From: a virus
Lineage: Duplodnaviria; Heunggongvirae; Uroviricota; Caudoviricetes
Virus record (IMG/VR): IMGVR_UViG_3300008114_001632
DNA length: 64,000 nt
Direction: 5' to 3' (one strand)
Shown here one piece after another: positions 10,565-19,344 of this stretch. The stretch's first letter is position 1, and each line of letters begins with the position of its first letter. A program made the translations under genes and the position numbers. The notes under the pieces were generated by a model. It worked only from the letters and a program-made list of their open reading frames with translations, did not search any database and had not been told where the DNA came from.

Positions 10565-11074
10565 TCATTTGCTGATATTCTTTCTAGCTTCAGCTAATAA
10601 CACAGGATCGCCCTTAGTCATTACTTCTAACAACAATCTCTTTTCTTCTAAGTATGTTCTAGCAAACTTTTCATCGTGTGCCATAATACTACGAGTGTTA
10701 GAGATTAAGTCAGCTAACTTTACTGTTTGCGCCGCTGCCGGTGCCATAGCAGAGTGTGCCCTGTCAATAGCCTTGCGCACAGCTCGATTGCCTTGTTCAG
10801 GACGACTAACATCAGTTAACCATCCCACTAACTCTGCAACTTCGTCTCCGAATTCAGCACGGATCACTTCGTTAGTAACACCAGTGTCTTCTACAACATC
10901 ATGTAACCAAGCCGCCGCTAACATTGCGTCAGTGTGAGTCACTGTACTAACAATGCGAACAACTTCAGCAGGGTGAACGATGTATGGTTCACCTGTGTAC
11001 TTACGAAGTTGAGCTACAGCTGAATGTGCCGCTGTTGCAAATACCCTAGCTCTTTCTACGATTGTCATAATCAC
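10565..11074 (-). CDS. HD-domain phosphohydrolase (RelA/SpoT-type (p)ppGpp hydrolase-like)
   Basis: YxxHP...LHDVVEDT HD motif. Confidence 0.7.
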   Translation of the reverse strand: MIMTIVERARVFATAAHSAVAQLRKYTGEPYIVHPAEVVRIVSTVTHTDAMLAAAWLHDVVEDTGVTNEVIRAEFGDEVAELVGWLTDVSRPEQGNRAVRKAIDRAHSAMAPAAAQTVKLADLISNTRSIMAHDEKFARTYLEEKRLLLEVMTKGDPVLLAEARKNISK

Positions 11075-11077
11075 TCC

Positions 11078-11635
11078 TTACATAACAGTGGTGTGGTGTC
11101 CTTTAACCTTGCCAGTCATTGCATCAGCAATGGCTCGCTCCATAGTAACCGCAATCATTCCTGTTGCATCCATACCCATGTCTCTTGCACGATATTCTTC
11201 TAATCCACTCTTGCCACCGTGTAAGTGACCATGAAAGTGAACAGCACCTCTATGCATTTGATCCCATTCTGCAATAGGATAGTGAAACATTACTACACGA
11301 GTCTTTTCGTAGTTAATGCACAAATACGGATGTATTTCTACAAAACATCTACGAAACACTGGATCATTTAACAGTTTACGATCGTGATTTCCTTCAATCA
11401 AAATTTTTCTGCCATTCAATCGTTGCAAAATCTTTACAGCTTTGTCAGCTGGAAGAAATGCAACATCTCCTAGAATGTAAACGGTGTCATCTTGAGCAAT
11501 AGTTTCATTCCATTCTTCTATCATTTTTTCGTTCATGTACGTTACATCATTATGAAATCTTGCTCTTGCTTGTGAACAAAAGTTCATAATGTTTGCGTGT
11601 CCAAAATGCAGGTCACTAGTCAACCAAGTTGTCAT
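11078..11635 (-). CDS. calcineurin-like metallophosphoesterase
   Basis: SDLHFGH, GDV, GNHD, GHLH motifs. Start moved to MTTWL (ATG at 11633-11635). Confidence 0.7.
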   Translation of the reverse strand: MTTWLTSDLHFGHANIMNFCSQARARFHNDVTYMNEKMIEEWNETIAQDDTVYILGDVAFLPADKAVKILQRLNGRKILIEGNHDRKLLNDPVFRRCFVEIHPYLCINYEKTRVVMFHYPIAEWDQMHRGAVHFHGHLHGGKSGLEEYRARDMGMDATGMIAVTMERAIADAMTGKVKGHHTTVM

Positions 11636-11666
11636 TTTTTTCTCTCTTATCTTTAGTAATGCATAT

Positions 11667-11695
11667 ATTATATAGTCAAGACAAAGCCCTGTCAA
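11667..11695 (-). promoter_or_regulatory. sigma70 consensus promoter TTGACA-17-TATAAT (minus)
   Basis: Exact consensus; extended motif CTTGACTATATAAT shared with the promoter at 13780. Confidence 0.6.
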
Positions 11696-11736
11696 CCAAA
11701 TAGACTGACAGGGCATGTTGTAAAAAAAAGCCACAG

Positions 11737-12252
11737 TTAATCAGCGTACCAGATTTCTTTAAATCCTTCTGCTTCAGTCGGCATTTCAAAGTTATCAATC
11801 ATACTTTTAACAACTTCTAATGGAACGATCTTGTTAGGACGATTGCTTAGTCTACGTTCTAATTCTGTCCAGTCCGGAGTCTTAAACACTACAGCAACAT
11901 GCTCATAGTCTGGCAAGGCATTAAACTTACGTTTACGACTTGCCAAAGTTGTAGATGTTTGATCCCAAATAATGCGGCGACCTTCAGACTGCGCTTTTCG
12001 AACTCGACGCATCATTAAACGAATAGCTCTAGGCATTACCTTATCAAAAACTTCCGAATAGGTTGAACCCATTCGACGAGCAAATCGTTCTACAAAGTAA
12101 TCTGTAGAAACTATTACGTAGTCACTTTTTGGAGTCCAGTAATTAATTCCAGTTTGACCAAATGAAACAAATCCTTTGATCCAGTCTTGATTGTCTAGCC
12201 AAGTAGATTTACCTGCACCAGGAACTCCAACTAGTTGATAACACACAGACAT
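11737..12252 (-). CDS. P-loop kinase, polynucleotide-kinase (T4 Pnk kinase domain)-like
   Basis: Walker A GVPGAGKST at N-terminus; ~170 aa. Confidence 0.5.
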   Translation of the reverse strand: MSVCYQLVGVPGAGKSTWLDNQDWIKGFVSFGQTGINYWTPKSDYVIVSTDYFVERFARRMGSTYSEVFDKVMPRAIRLMMRRVRKAQSEGRRIIWDQTSTTLASRKRKFNALPDYEHVAVVFKTPDWTELERRLSNRPNKIVPLEVVKSMIDNFEMPTEAEGFKEIWYAD

Positions 12253-12265
12253 TACAATCCTCCAC

Positions 12266-12493
12266 TCATAGAATCTTCCCTAAACCCAACCAAATCAATT
12301 GATCTAAATCTTGTTGATAGTCTTTGCCCAGTCTACGTTTTTCGTAGATAGCATTAAGAATATCTTTGCCATCACCGTAGTCGGTTACACCTGCGCCGCG
12401 GCTTTCCAATTCTTCAATTAAGTCGTCTGTGTCGAAGTCGCTGAGATCAACATCAACTTCAACTTCTTTGTACATAGTTTTATACATTACCAA
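12266..12493 (-). CDS. hypothetical protein
   Basis: ORF. Confidence 0.3.
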   Translation of the reverse strand: MVMYKTMYKEVEVDVDLSDFDTDDLIEELESRGAGVTDYGDGKDILNAIYEKRRLGKDYQQDLDQLIWLGLGKIL

Positions 12494-12678
12494 TTCTCCA
12501 CGCCAGATATTTCAGTTTTAAACTCACCAGGGAGTCCGTTAATTGTGGTATGCACAATAAGCGCAGTAACACTACCAATGCCACTGTGGTTGTCTTGAAT
12601 TAACTCAAAACTAGTAGCCTCCGGAAACTTGTCTATAGTGTCCAGAATCTTTTGAACTTCTTCTCTACATAGATACAT
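12487..12678 (-). CDS. hypothetical protein
   Basis: ORF. Confidence 0.3.
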   Translation of the reverse strand: MYLCREEVQKILDTIDKFPEATSFELIQDNHSGIGSVTALIVHTTINGLPGEFKTEISGVENW

Positions 12679-13145
12679 TAATCAATACTCCTAAATGTAC
12701 GCCAATCATCAATGTTTGGTTTTTCGTCAGCATCATATGTCCAACCCAAAGCCTTCATCATACGATGCTTGACTAGCAAGTTTGGACTACGGAAACGTTC
12801 TGTGTCATTGAAGCCCATCATGACTCCGACTTCGCACACAGCACCACTACGACATACGCCTGCATAACAATGCACAACAACATTCATACGGTTCTCTAAT
12901 GCGTGTTGTAGCAGTCGAACAAGCTCTGCGGCCTGCTCGTGACTACACTTCATTGCTTCCTCTAACACTTCGTCTTTTTCTTCTACATCTAAAAATTCAA
13001 AGTTATGACGCTCTTTGAATTGGTGTTTAGCTTCAGGACGCCAGCTGGCAGGATCCACAATACTGATCAGCATACTGTTAGCGCCGGCGTCGTGATGGAA
13101 TCCTGTTGGAATATCAGCGGCTGCTACATTTTCAATCCAAGGCAT
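12678..13145 (-). CDS. protein-tyrosine / dual-specificity phosphatase
   Basis: HCYAGVCRSG = HCxAGxxRSG P-loop. Confidence 0.7.
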   Translation of the reverse strand: MPWIENVAAADIPTGFHHDAGANSMLISIVDPASWRPEAKHQFKERHNFEFLDVEEKDEVLEEAMKCSHEQAAELVRLLQHALENRMNVVVHCYAGVCRSGAVCEVGVMMGFNDTERFRSPNLLVKHRMMKALGWTYDADEKPNIDDWRTFRSID

Positions 13146-13546
13146 TATACTCGCTCCTTTAAGTATTTTATAGCAGATTCTAGTCTACTAATATCATCAT
13201 TCATATTACCTAACCCTAAATTACATTTATGACAAAGCCAACCTCTAAATTTTCCAGTAGCATGATCGTGGTCTGCACACCAAACTCCTTTTTTATTAGG
13301 ATTGTGTCCCTTTGCTTCTTCTTCGTTTCTGTTACAAATAGGGCATGTATAATCTTTAGGTCTAATAGGTGCAGTCGATTTTATCTTCTTCAATAAAGCA
13401 GATTGTTTCTTTGCACATGGTTTACATTCATATCTAAGATACTTTGCACCACCATCTGTACCAAACATTCCTAAAGGAAGATTCAATAAGCACATTCCGC
13501 AGGTTTTTGTTTTTTCATCAAGGCCTTCGAATAGTTCTTTTATCAT
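13145..13546 (-). CDS. endonuclease VII-like (T4 gp49 family) Holliday-junction resolvase
   Basis: [22 protein letters not shown] motif. Confidence 0.65.
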   Translation of the reverse strand: MIKELFEGLDEKTKTCGMCLLNLPLGMFGTDGGAKYLRYECKPCAKKQSALLKKIKSTAPIRPKDYTCPICNRNEEEAKGHNPNKKGVWCADHDHATGKFRGWLCHKCNLGLGNMNDDISRLESAIKYLKERV

Positions 13547-13773
13547 GATGAACGTTCTTTTTTCACACGACCAATTCGGCTAGCCTTGTTCCAAGTGTAA
13601 TCGTGACCACTTGGTAGTTTACCATTGCTCACTGTGTCAGCACCAAATATGCCAACGATTTCAAAATCTTTTCCAACGATAGTTACATATTCATTCATAT
13701 GCTTTGCAACATTCATTGCTTCAGCAAGTGTAAGAACTTTGAGTGTTTCTTCTTTTCCTATTACGTTATACAT
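13543..13773 (-). CDS. hypothetical protein
   Basis: ORF directly downstream of the consensus promoter. Confidence 0.35.
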   Translation of the reverse strand: MYNVIGKEETLKVLTLAEAMNVAKHMNEYVTIVGKDFEIVGIFGADTVSNGKLPSGHDYTWNKASRIGRVKKERSS

Positions 13774-13779
13774 ATTGCT

Positions 13780-13808
13780 ATTATATAGTCAAGTTGTAAT
13801 GTTGTCAA
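13780..13808 (-). promoter_or_regulatory. sigma70 consensus promoter TTGACA-17-TATAAT (minus)
   Basis: Exact hexamers with 17-nt spacer. Confidence 0.6.
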
Positions 13809-13893
13809 CTGGTGTGGTAAAATTAATCTTCTACCGATCCACATATAATTTTTAAAAAAAAACTACTACTAAATACTTTTTTAGGAGTTCAGA

Positions 13894-14736
13894 ATGAACA
13901 TAGGTGTGTATGGAGATAGTATTTCTAGATATGATCCTAACCAAGAATGGAATTTTGTAAGTTTATTAAAAAAAGAGTTTGATGCTAATATTGTCCATTC
14001 TGGAATCCCACATTGCAGTGAGGAAAGAATATTATTCAATTTAAAGAAAACTAAAAAACTAGATACAGCAATTATATTCCATGCCGCACCGTATCATATC
14101 TTTATGCCTAGCTGGAACAAAGATGTTTCGAACATAGACAAAACTACATTTGATAGAAAATACACTGCTCGAAATTGGGTAGAATCAATGTGGGGAACTG
14201 ACTTTAAAGAACATGATTTTTATATTGATTTTTTTGAAAACGTCCCTAACGGAGCATGTTTACAATTATTAGAATATTATAACATTCATTTTGAAAACTA
14301 TACTGATGCATTTATAAAATGGCAAGATGGGGATAGTAGTGAAATTAAACAAGCACTATTAGATCAGGTTCGAATAGCATCAGACGATGAAAAGTTTTAC
14401 CAAGAACTTTGGACTGCTTTTGAACTAACTAGAAAATATATGTATCATCCAGATTTACAATTAAACAGATACTATGGGGCATTAATGCAAATTGATTCGT
14501 ACTTGCATAATAAAAAAATACCCTGTGTACATTTTTTTAGTAAAGATCAATGGTACCCTTCTTGGTATACTATTACGTCTGGACCTGTAGATCTTTCTAT
14601 GCGCGAGCTATATAAAGATAACAGCCAATATAACATTGGTTATCAACAATCTGCTAATGCAATGAACGCAGAAGGAAATAAGATAATTTTTGACAAAATA
14701 AAAGAACTGTTGGCAACTAGTAGCACAATACCTTAA
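13894..14736 (+). CDS. SGNH/GDSL-like hydrolase family protein
   Basis: GVYGDSIS N-terminal GDS motif; AGGAG RBS. Confidence 0.4.
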   Translation: MNIGVYGDSISRYDPNQEWNFVSLLKKEFDANIVHSGIPHCSEERILFNLKKTKKLDTAIIFHAAPYHIFMPSWNKDVSNIDKTTFDRKYTARNWVESMWGTDFKEHDFYIDFFENVPNGACLQLLEYYNIHFENYTDAFIKWQDGDSSEIKQALLDQVRIASDDEKFYQELWTAFELTRKYMYHPDLQLNRYYGALMQIDSYLHNKKIPCVHFFSKDQWYPSWYTITSGPVDLSMRELYKDNSQYNIGYQQSANAMNAEGNKIIFDKIKELLATSSTIP

Positions 14737-14744
14737 ATCAATAT

Positions 14745-14821
14745 GCGACTCGTAGTAGAGTGGTCACTACACTTGGGACTGTAACCCAAGAAGCGGAGGT
14801 TCGAATCCCCCGGTCGCTCCA
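14745..14821 (+). tRNA. non-canonical tRNA-like gene (anticodon region xUGUx; possible Thr or pseudo-tRNA)
   Basis: GGTTCGAATCC T-loop and CCA; D-stem GTAG/CTAC. The acceptor and T stems conflict by 1 nt and position 33 is C, so this is a tentative call. Confidence 0.4.
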
Positions 14822-14845
14822 TAATATAAAATCATACACAGTTAA

Positions 14846-14921
14846 TGGTGCCGCCTCCCCGGATCGAACAGGGTTCCTCGGATTTTCAATCCGTTGCTAT
14901 GACCACATCAGCTAAAGCGGC
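14846..14921 (-). tRNA. tRNA-Phe(GAA)
   Basis: Hand-folded cloverleaf; anticodon loop TTGAAAA; CCA encoded. Confidence 0.75.
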
Positions 14922-15057
14922 AAAAATAAAATGTAGTAGGTTGAGACAAAACTCAATTAGTTTGCGTCACGATCTTTAACGACAGCGAGCTTATCTCTAT
15001 GAGACCTCTACTATCCGCAACACCTTTTACACAGCACCTAGCTGGTTACTACAAATT

Positions 15058-15131
15058 TGGGGTGAAGTCGGGAATCGAACCCTGGTCTACTGTTTCACAG
15101 ACAGTCGTGTTACCACTACACTAACAACACC
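15058..15131 (-). tRNA. tRNA-His(GUG) with G-1:C73
   Basis: Anticodon loop CTGTGAA; an extra 5' G pairs with C73; two U:U mismatches in the acceptor stem. Confidence 0.65.
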
Positions 15132-15137
15132 ATTGAT

Positions 15138-15212
15138 TGGCACCCCTGGATGGAATCGAACCACCGTCCCCACGTTCGTAGCATGGTATCCTATCCATTG
15201 AACGACAGGGGT
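15138..15212 (-). tRNA. tRNA-Arg(ACG)
   Basis: Anticodon loop CTACGAA. Confidence 0.7.
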
Positions 15213-15219
15213 ATATATT

Positions 15220-15294
15220 TGGCCGGCCCTGAGAGGATCGAACTCCCACCGTCGGTTTCGAAGACCGAAATGATATCCATTTCACCAAGGGCCG
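15220..15294 (-). tRNA. tRNA-Arg(UCG)
   Basis: Anticodon loop CTTCGAA; C1-G72. Confidence 0.65.
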
Positions 15295-15317
15295 TATTAC
15301 CATAGAAAAACACACTC

Positions 15318-15414
15318 GGCTCCCCTTACAACCTTGTTCCTGTCAATTCAGGATGAAACTGGATGAACCCAGAGGCTCCCCTTGGTTGTTTGTATCTGTC
15401 AATTCAGATTGAAA
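15318..15414. repeat. ~40-bp direct repeat, two copies (GGCTCCCCTT...CTGTCAATTCAG...GAAA)
   Basis: Copies at 15318-15357 and 15374-15414, lying between tRNA genes. Confidence 0.6.
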
Positions 15415-15427
15415 GTGTGTTTATCTA

Positions 15428-15503
15428 TGGTAGGAGCACCGGGACTCGAACCCGGAACTGGCAGATTAAAAGTCTGCTGTGATAACCATTTCACCATACT
15501 CCC
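15428..15503 (-). tRNA. tRNA-Lys(UUU)
   Basis: Anticodon loop CTTTTAA; perfect T stem. Confidence 0.75.
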
Positions 15504-15507
15504 GTAT

Positions 15508-15583
15508 TGGTCCACCCGGTGAGATTCGAACTCACACCTCATTGATTAAGAGTCAAGTGCGCTACCGTTAACGCTACAAGTGG
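15508..15583 (-). tRNA. tRNA-Lys(CUU) (tentative)
   Basis: Anticodon loop CTCTTAA; paralogous to the tRNA-Asn at 22008. Confidence 0.55.
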
Positions 15584-15757
15584 TTGGTCGTAATTAAATT
15601 GATTTAATGTGCCAACCAGGACCAATACGGGGTCAAGGTTGACACTAACGTTTACTTGAACGTTTCATGTCATTCTCCTATTTTAAATTTTTGTCAATAA
15701 AGTAAATTAAAGCTACTATCATAAGTAAAACTACGATCGCCCCATTTTGTTTTCTCC

Positions 15758-15949
15758 TTAATAAGATGCGTAATCACTAAACTTAGGAAACTCAAGACGA
15801 TCACGCTCAACTACCTTTATTTCATATTCATCTATATTGTCATCATAGAATTTAATCTTAAATGTGTCTTCGTCTATTTTTTCTAATATTTCGCAGTCGA
15901 CAAAATACGATCCGTACATACTAGTATCAAGATATCTAATCGTTGGCAT
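15758..15949 (-). CDS. hypothetical small protein
   Basis: AAGGAG RBS. Confidence 0.4.
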   Translation of the reverse strand: MPTIRYLDTSMYGSYFVDCEILEKIDEDTFKIKFYDDNIDEYEIKVVERDRLEFPKFSDYASY

Positions 15950-15967
15950 ATATTTCTCCTTTAAAGT

Positions 15968-16043
15968 TGGTAGTGATGGTCGGACTCGAACCGACGATAA
16001 ACTCCGTATGAAGGAGGTACATTAGCCGCTATGCTACATCACT
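15968..16043 (-). tRNA. tRNA-Met/Ile2(CAU)
   Basis: Anticodon loop TTCATAC. Confidence 0.7.
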
Positions 16044-16044
16044 A

Positions 16045-16118
16045 TGGCAGGGGTACTAGGGTTCGAACCTAGACTAACAGAGTCAAAGTCTGTGGTGCTA
16101 CCATTACACTATACCCCA
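16045..16118 (-). tRNA. tRNA-Gln(UUG)
   Basis: Anticodon loop CTTTGAC; U1:U72. Confidence 0.65.
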
Positions 16119-16240
16119 ATAAATTTGGCACTTCGTTAGCCACACCGCTTTGGACACGGATCTAGACCCCTGCTTCCACAGGACTTATAGGCTTCAATAC
16201 TACATTCCGCTACGAAGCCCGAGCGGATTGTTGCAGTAAC

Positions 16241-16318
16241 TGGAGCACAGGGTGAGATTCGAACTCACGGTTTTGCGGATTTGCAATCCACTGCATTGGG
16301 CCTCTCTGCCACCTGTGC
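16241..16318 (-). tRNA. tRNA-Cys(GCA)
   Basis: Anticodon loop TTGCAAA. Confidence 0.65.
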
Positions 16319-16325
16319 GTATTAC

Positions 16326-16400
16326 TGGCCTCGCCTACAGGAATCGAACCCATATTCGTAGGGTAGAAGCCTACTGTATTATCCATTATACTAAAGCGAG
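16326..16400 (-). tRNA. tRNA-Arg(UCU)
   Basis: Anticodon loop CTTCTAC. Confidence 0.7.
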
Positions 16401-16407
16401 TTATACT

Positions 16408-16481
16408 TGGCGTACCTCCAGGGACTCGAACCCCGACGAACAGTTTTGGAGACTGTGATGCTGCCATTACATTAGAGATAC
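16408..16481 (-). tRNA. tRNA-Trp(CCA)
   Basis: Anticodon loop CTCCAAA. Confidence 0.75.
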
Positions 16482-16488
16482 ATTAATT

Positions 16489-16563
16489 TGGTAGCCACGG
16501 ACAGTTTCGAAATGTCGACCTATCGCTTATCAAGCGAGTGCTCTTCCTCTGAGCTACGCGGCT
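16489..16563 (-). tRNA. tRNA-Ile(GAU)
   Basis: Anticodon loop TTGATAA; unusual T arm. Confidence 0.6.
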
Positions 16564-16568
16564 ATGTT

Positions 16569-16654
16569 TGGTGGAGATGACTGGAGTCGAACCAGTAGTG
16601 CCCGAAGGGCGGCGGATTTACAGTCCACTGGGGTTACCAATTTTCCTACATCTC
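16569..16654 (-). tRNA. tRNA-Tyr(GUA), long variable arm
   Basis: Anticodon loop CTGTAAA. Confidence 0.75.
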
Positions 16655-16714
16655 CAAACTTAGTGACACTCTCCGCTATGCTTTTAGACGCCGTCGCAGG
16701 GCGAATGAAGAGTG

Positions 16715-16794
16715 TGTAGTTAAGAACACTAATAACGCCTTTTACAAAGTTCTGGGCTATGAGTCCAGTCGTCCCTATAGTGTTCTTAACTACT
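16715..16794. repeat. 16-bp perfect inverted repeat (GTAGTTAAGAACACTA / TAGTGTTCTTAACTAC) with 46-nt loop
   Basis: Reverse-complementary arms at 16715-16731 and 16778-16794. Confidence 0.6.
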
Positions 16795-16899
16795 CTAGGA
16801 TTTTAACATCTGTGTTGTCGCCACAGACTTCATCCCCTAGGCCGCCCATTTGCTAGTTTAAAGTGATAGCAGGATCTCGTTTCCTATAGCACTAAAAGA

Positions 16900-16946
16900 A
16901 AAACCCCCGGAGTATTTTACATTCCGAGGGTCTTTTTGTTTTTTGA
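16900..16946. terminator. bidirectional rho-independent terminator
   Basis: CCCCCGGAG...TCCGAGGG hairpin flanked by an A-run and a T-run. Confidence 0.55.
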
Positions 16947-17095
16947 GCTGTTACTGGTTATGCGTAACTTGCTCCTACAGAAAGGCCCTCGCCTGGTAGT
17001 CGATACCAGCGAATGCAAAACATCTGATGTTTTCTAATTTGCTTAAACATTTTGATCATCTTTCTTTCTGTTAGTTAATTTCTTACTATGTGTAT

Positions 17096-17124
17096 AGTAT
17101 ACTGTATTTATTTATCTCTGTCAA
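17096..17124 (-). promoter_or_regulatory. sigma70-like promoter TTGACA-17-TATACT (minus)
   Basis: Hexamers with 17-nt spacer, upstream of the tRNA array. Confidence 0.55.
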
Positions 17125-17194
17125 GAGATTTTCTTTAAAAAGTGACAAAAATATTGTTGTATTTTTGCCACACTCTTGAATACGGAAACATTTC

Positions 17195-17269
17195 TGGTAC
17201 CTGGTCACGGTTTCGAACCGCGGACCTTCGCCGTGTAAAGGCGTTGCTCTACCCCTGAGCTAACCAGGC
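17195..17269 (-). tRNA. tRNA-Val(UAC)
   Basis: Anticodon loop TTTACAC. Confidence 0.7.
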
Positions 17270-17276
17270 AAATTCT

Positions 17277-17951
17277 TTAGTCCTTACGACCACCAAATAG
17301 TTGTAGTAACATTAAGAACAAGTTGATAAAGTCTAAGTACAAGCTAAGAGCGCCTGCAATTTCTGCCTTACCATCATTGTCGTAACTAACCATCTCACGA
17401 ATCTTTTGTGTGTCGTATGCTGTTAAGCCTAAGAACACAATAATTCCGATAGCACTAATGACCATTTGAAAAACTGTACTACCAATAAAAATATTGATTA
17501 TACTTGCAATAACAATCGCAATCAACCCAATGAACATAAATTGGCCAACTCCGTCCAAATTACGTTTAGTGAAGTAGCCATAGCCACTCATTGTAGCAAA
17601 TAGAACGGCAGCTCCCATGAATGCGCTTACAATGCTTCCCATGTTATATACTACAAAGATTGTAGCAAAACTTAGACCCATTAATGCGGCAAATCCATGT
17701 AAAAATAGCTGTAACGCACTCTTACTCATTTTGTCCATTGCAAAGCTAACGCCAAGAATGGCTACAAGCGGCGCAAAGATTACAAGCCATTTCATTGCGC
17801 CTGTAAAGAAAAATTCCATCAGCGTTGTATTTGATCCTACAAGATAACTTACAATCATTGATGTGATAACTGCCAGTGCCATATGTCCGTAAACACGGCC
17901 CATTGCACTATTAATCTGCGATGCAGAACGAAAAACACCTGTTGCATACAT
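17277..17951 (-). CDS. Bax-inhibitor-1 / YccA (TMBIM) family membrane protein
   Basis: 7-TM profile with BI-1 family conserved C-terminal region. Confidence 0.7.
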   Translation of the reverse strand: MYATGVFRSASQINSAMGRVYGHMALAVITSMIVSYLVGSNTTLMEFFFTGAMKWLVIFAPLVAILGVSFAMDKMSKSALQLFLHGFAALMGLSFATIFVVYNMGSIVSAFMGAAVLFATMSGYGYFTKRNLDGVGQFMFIGLIAIVIASIINIFIGSTVFQMVISAIGIIVFLGLTAYDTQKIREMVSYDNDGKAEIAGALSLYLDFINLFLMLLQLFGGRKD

Positions 17952-18597
17952 AAGTTTGTCTCCTTTGTAAGATTACTTATAAAAAAACGAAAGTTAGCAA
18001 GTAAGTAATGAACTGTGCAAGGTGCAAACGGGCTGAGGTTACTCTAGGCCCTAAGCAAATTACAATATGCAAAGCACAGTGGCTTGCGTATTTCCGAACA
18101 GCAAATCACAAGTTCGATAGATTCGGGGCATACAAACACGATCAGTTTTCAAGACTGATTGCCAGTATTGGAGTCATCGCATGAAGCGATAACGGTGTTC
18201 ATCCTCATCTCTCGCCTTCTTCCGGGTAGTTTACTGTTACCAGCATACTACCAAAACCTTATAGGTGCTCTCTGTTGGAATCGAACCAAACTGTTTAACT
18301 CCGTATCTTCCTTGCACGTTCAGCAGTTAGTCGACTTAGTACCTACTGGTGTTCTCAAGTGTAGTTAAACTTCAAAGAGCATTTATAAAGTGTCTAGCTA
18401 CTCACACCACATGAGCCCTAGACTGAGCGGTTACTCTGTCCATAACATTTATTCTTTTGGAAAGGTGCTAAACCTCACCTAATGCGTCCCCGGATTCCCT
18501 ACACGGGATCGGAAGGCCAATGCACTACACGCCTAGCACTCTTTATGGTGACTGCCCCACCCCCTGTGTATAACGGGCAAGGGAGCCCGGGTTTTCC

Positions 18598-19170
18598 TTA
18601 GATCAATTCTTCGTGCTTAAGAATGTCCACAGCCTTACCACTTAGGGCAATAGTTGTACGAACATTAAGCTCTAAGAGCTCGTCCTGCAATTTCTGCTTG
18701 GCCTTTTTGGCTTCTGCTACTTTTGCACGGAATGTATCTACATCTTTGCGAGTCAATACAGAAGTACTAACTTCATCACTGTGGCCGTACAAACTTGCAC
18801 GAGTGTCTTCTTTGCGGTTCCGAATTTTATTCAACTTGCCCTCAATGACTTGAGCAGACTCACGAACGTCATGAGCTGTTAGACCTGAAAAGAATTGGAT
18901 ATCTTTCTCAAGCTGAGCCAAGTCTGCCAACTTTTCATTGACACCTGCTTGTGCATTTGCACGGCTCACTGCCTTGCGAATTTCGTACAGCACATCTGTC
19001 AGTGCTACACGACGAAACACATTGCTGTTAAATTCCTGAGCAGCCTTAGATATTTCAGCTTCAGCCTCTTGGAACTCGTTGATGCGAATTGTTTGTGTCA
19101 ACGTGATACTTTTAACAGTATCGTTGATGCTGTTCTGAAGTGCGCTTGCTTTACGAAGTGTAAGTTCCAT
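18598..19170 (-). CDS. coiled-coil hypothetical protein
   Basis: 190-aa helical ORF; promoter-like element at 19199-19225. Confidence 0.4.
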   Translation of the reverse strand: MELTLRKASALQNSINDTVKSITLTQTIRINEFQEAEAEISKAAQEFNSNVFRRVALTDVLYEIRKAVSRANAQAGVNEKLADLAQLEKDIQFFSGLTAHDVRESAQVIEGKLNKIRNRKEDTRASLYGHSDEVSTSVLTRKDVDTFRAKVAEAKKAKQKLQDELLELNVRTTIALSGKAVDILKHEELI

Positions 19171-19240
19171 GTTTGTGTCCTTTTCTCTATGTGTTAATTG
19201 TATATGATTTGTGTCTACTTGTCAAGTATTTTTTAATGTC

Positions 19241-19330
19241 TGGCGGAAGCGGTGAGATTCGAACTCACGGACCCTTTCGAGTCTTTAGTTTTCAAGACTA
19301 ACGCAATAAGCCGGGCTCTGCCACGCTTCC
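19241..19330 (-). tRNA. tRNA-Ser(UGA), long variable arm
   Basis: Anticodon loop CTTGAAA. Confidence 0.7.
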
Positions 19331-19344
19331 TTTGAAAATAAAAC

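Noticed and set aside
10569-10937. Plus-strand ORF 10569..10937 and other antisense ORFs listed inside long minus genes
   Set aside because: They fall inside well-supported minus-strand genes (HD hydrolase and others). They are low-complexity translations without RBS.
16210-16467. ORFs 16210..16467 (-) and 16252..16458 (+) in the six-frame track
   Set aside because: They lie entirely over the tRNA-Cys, tRNA-Arg and tRNA-Trp genes, with no RBS. They are tRNA sequence read as protein.
18262-18340. Possible tRNA gene at the T-arm-like element GTTTGG-TTCGATT-CCAACA
   Set aside because: No complementary acceptor stem and no D or anticodon arms can be formed. It is kept only as a possible tRNA remnant or ncRNA in the findings.
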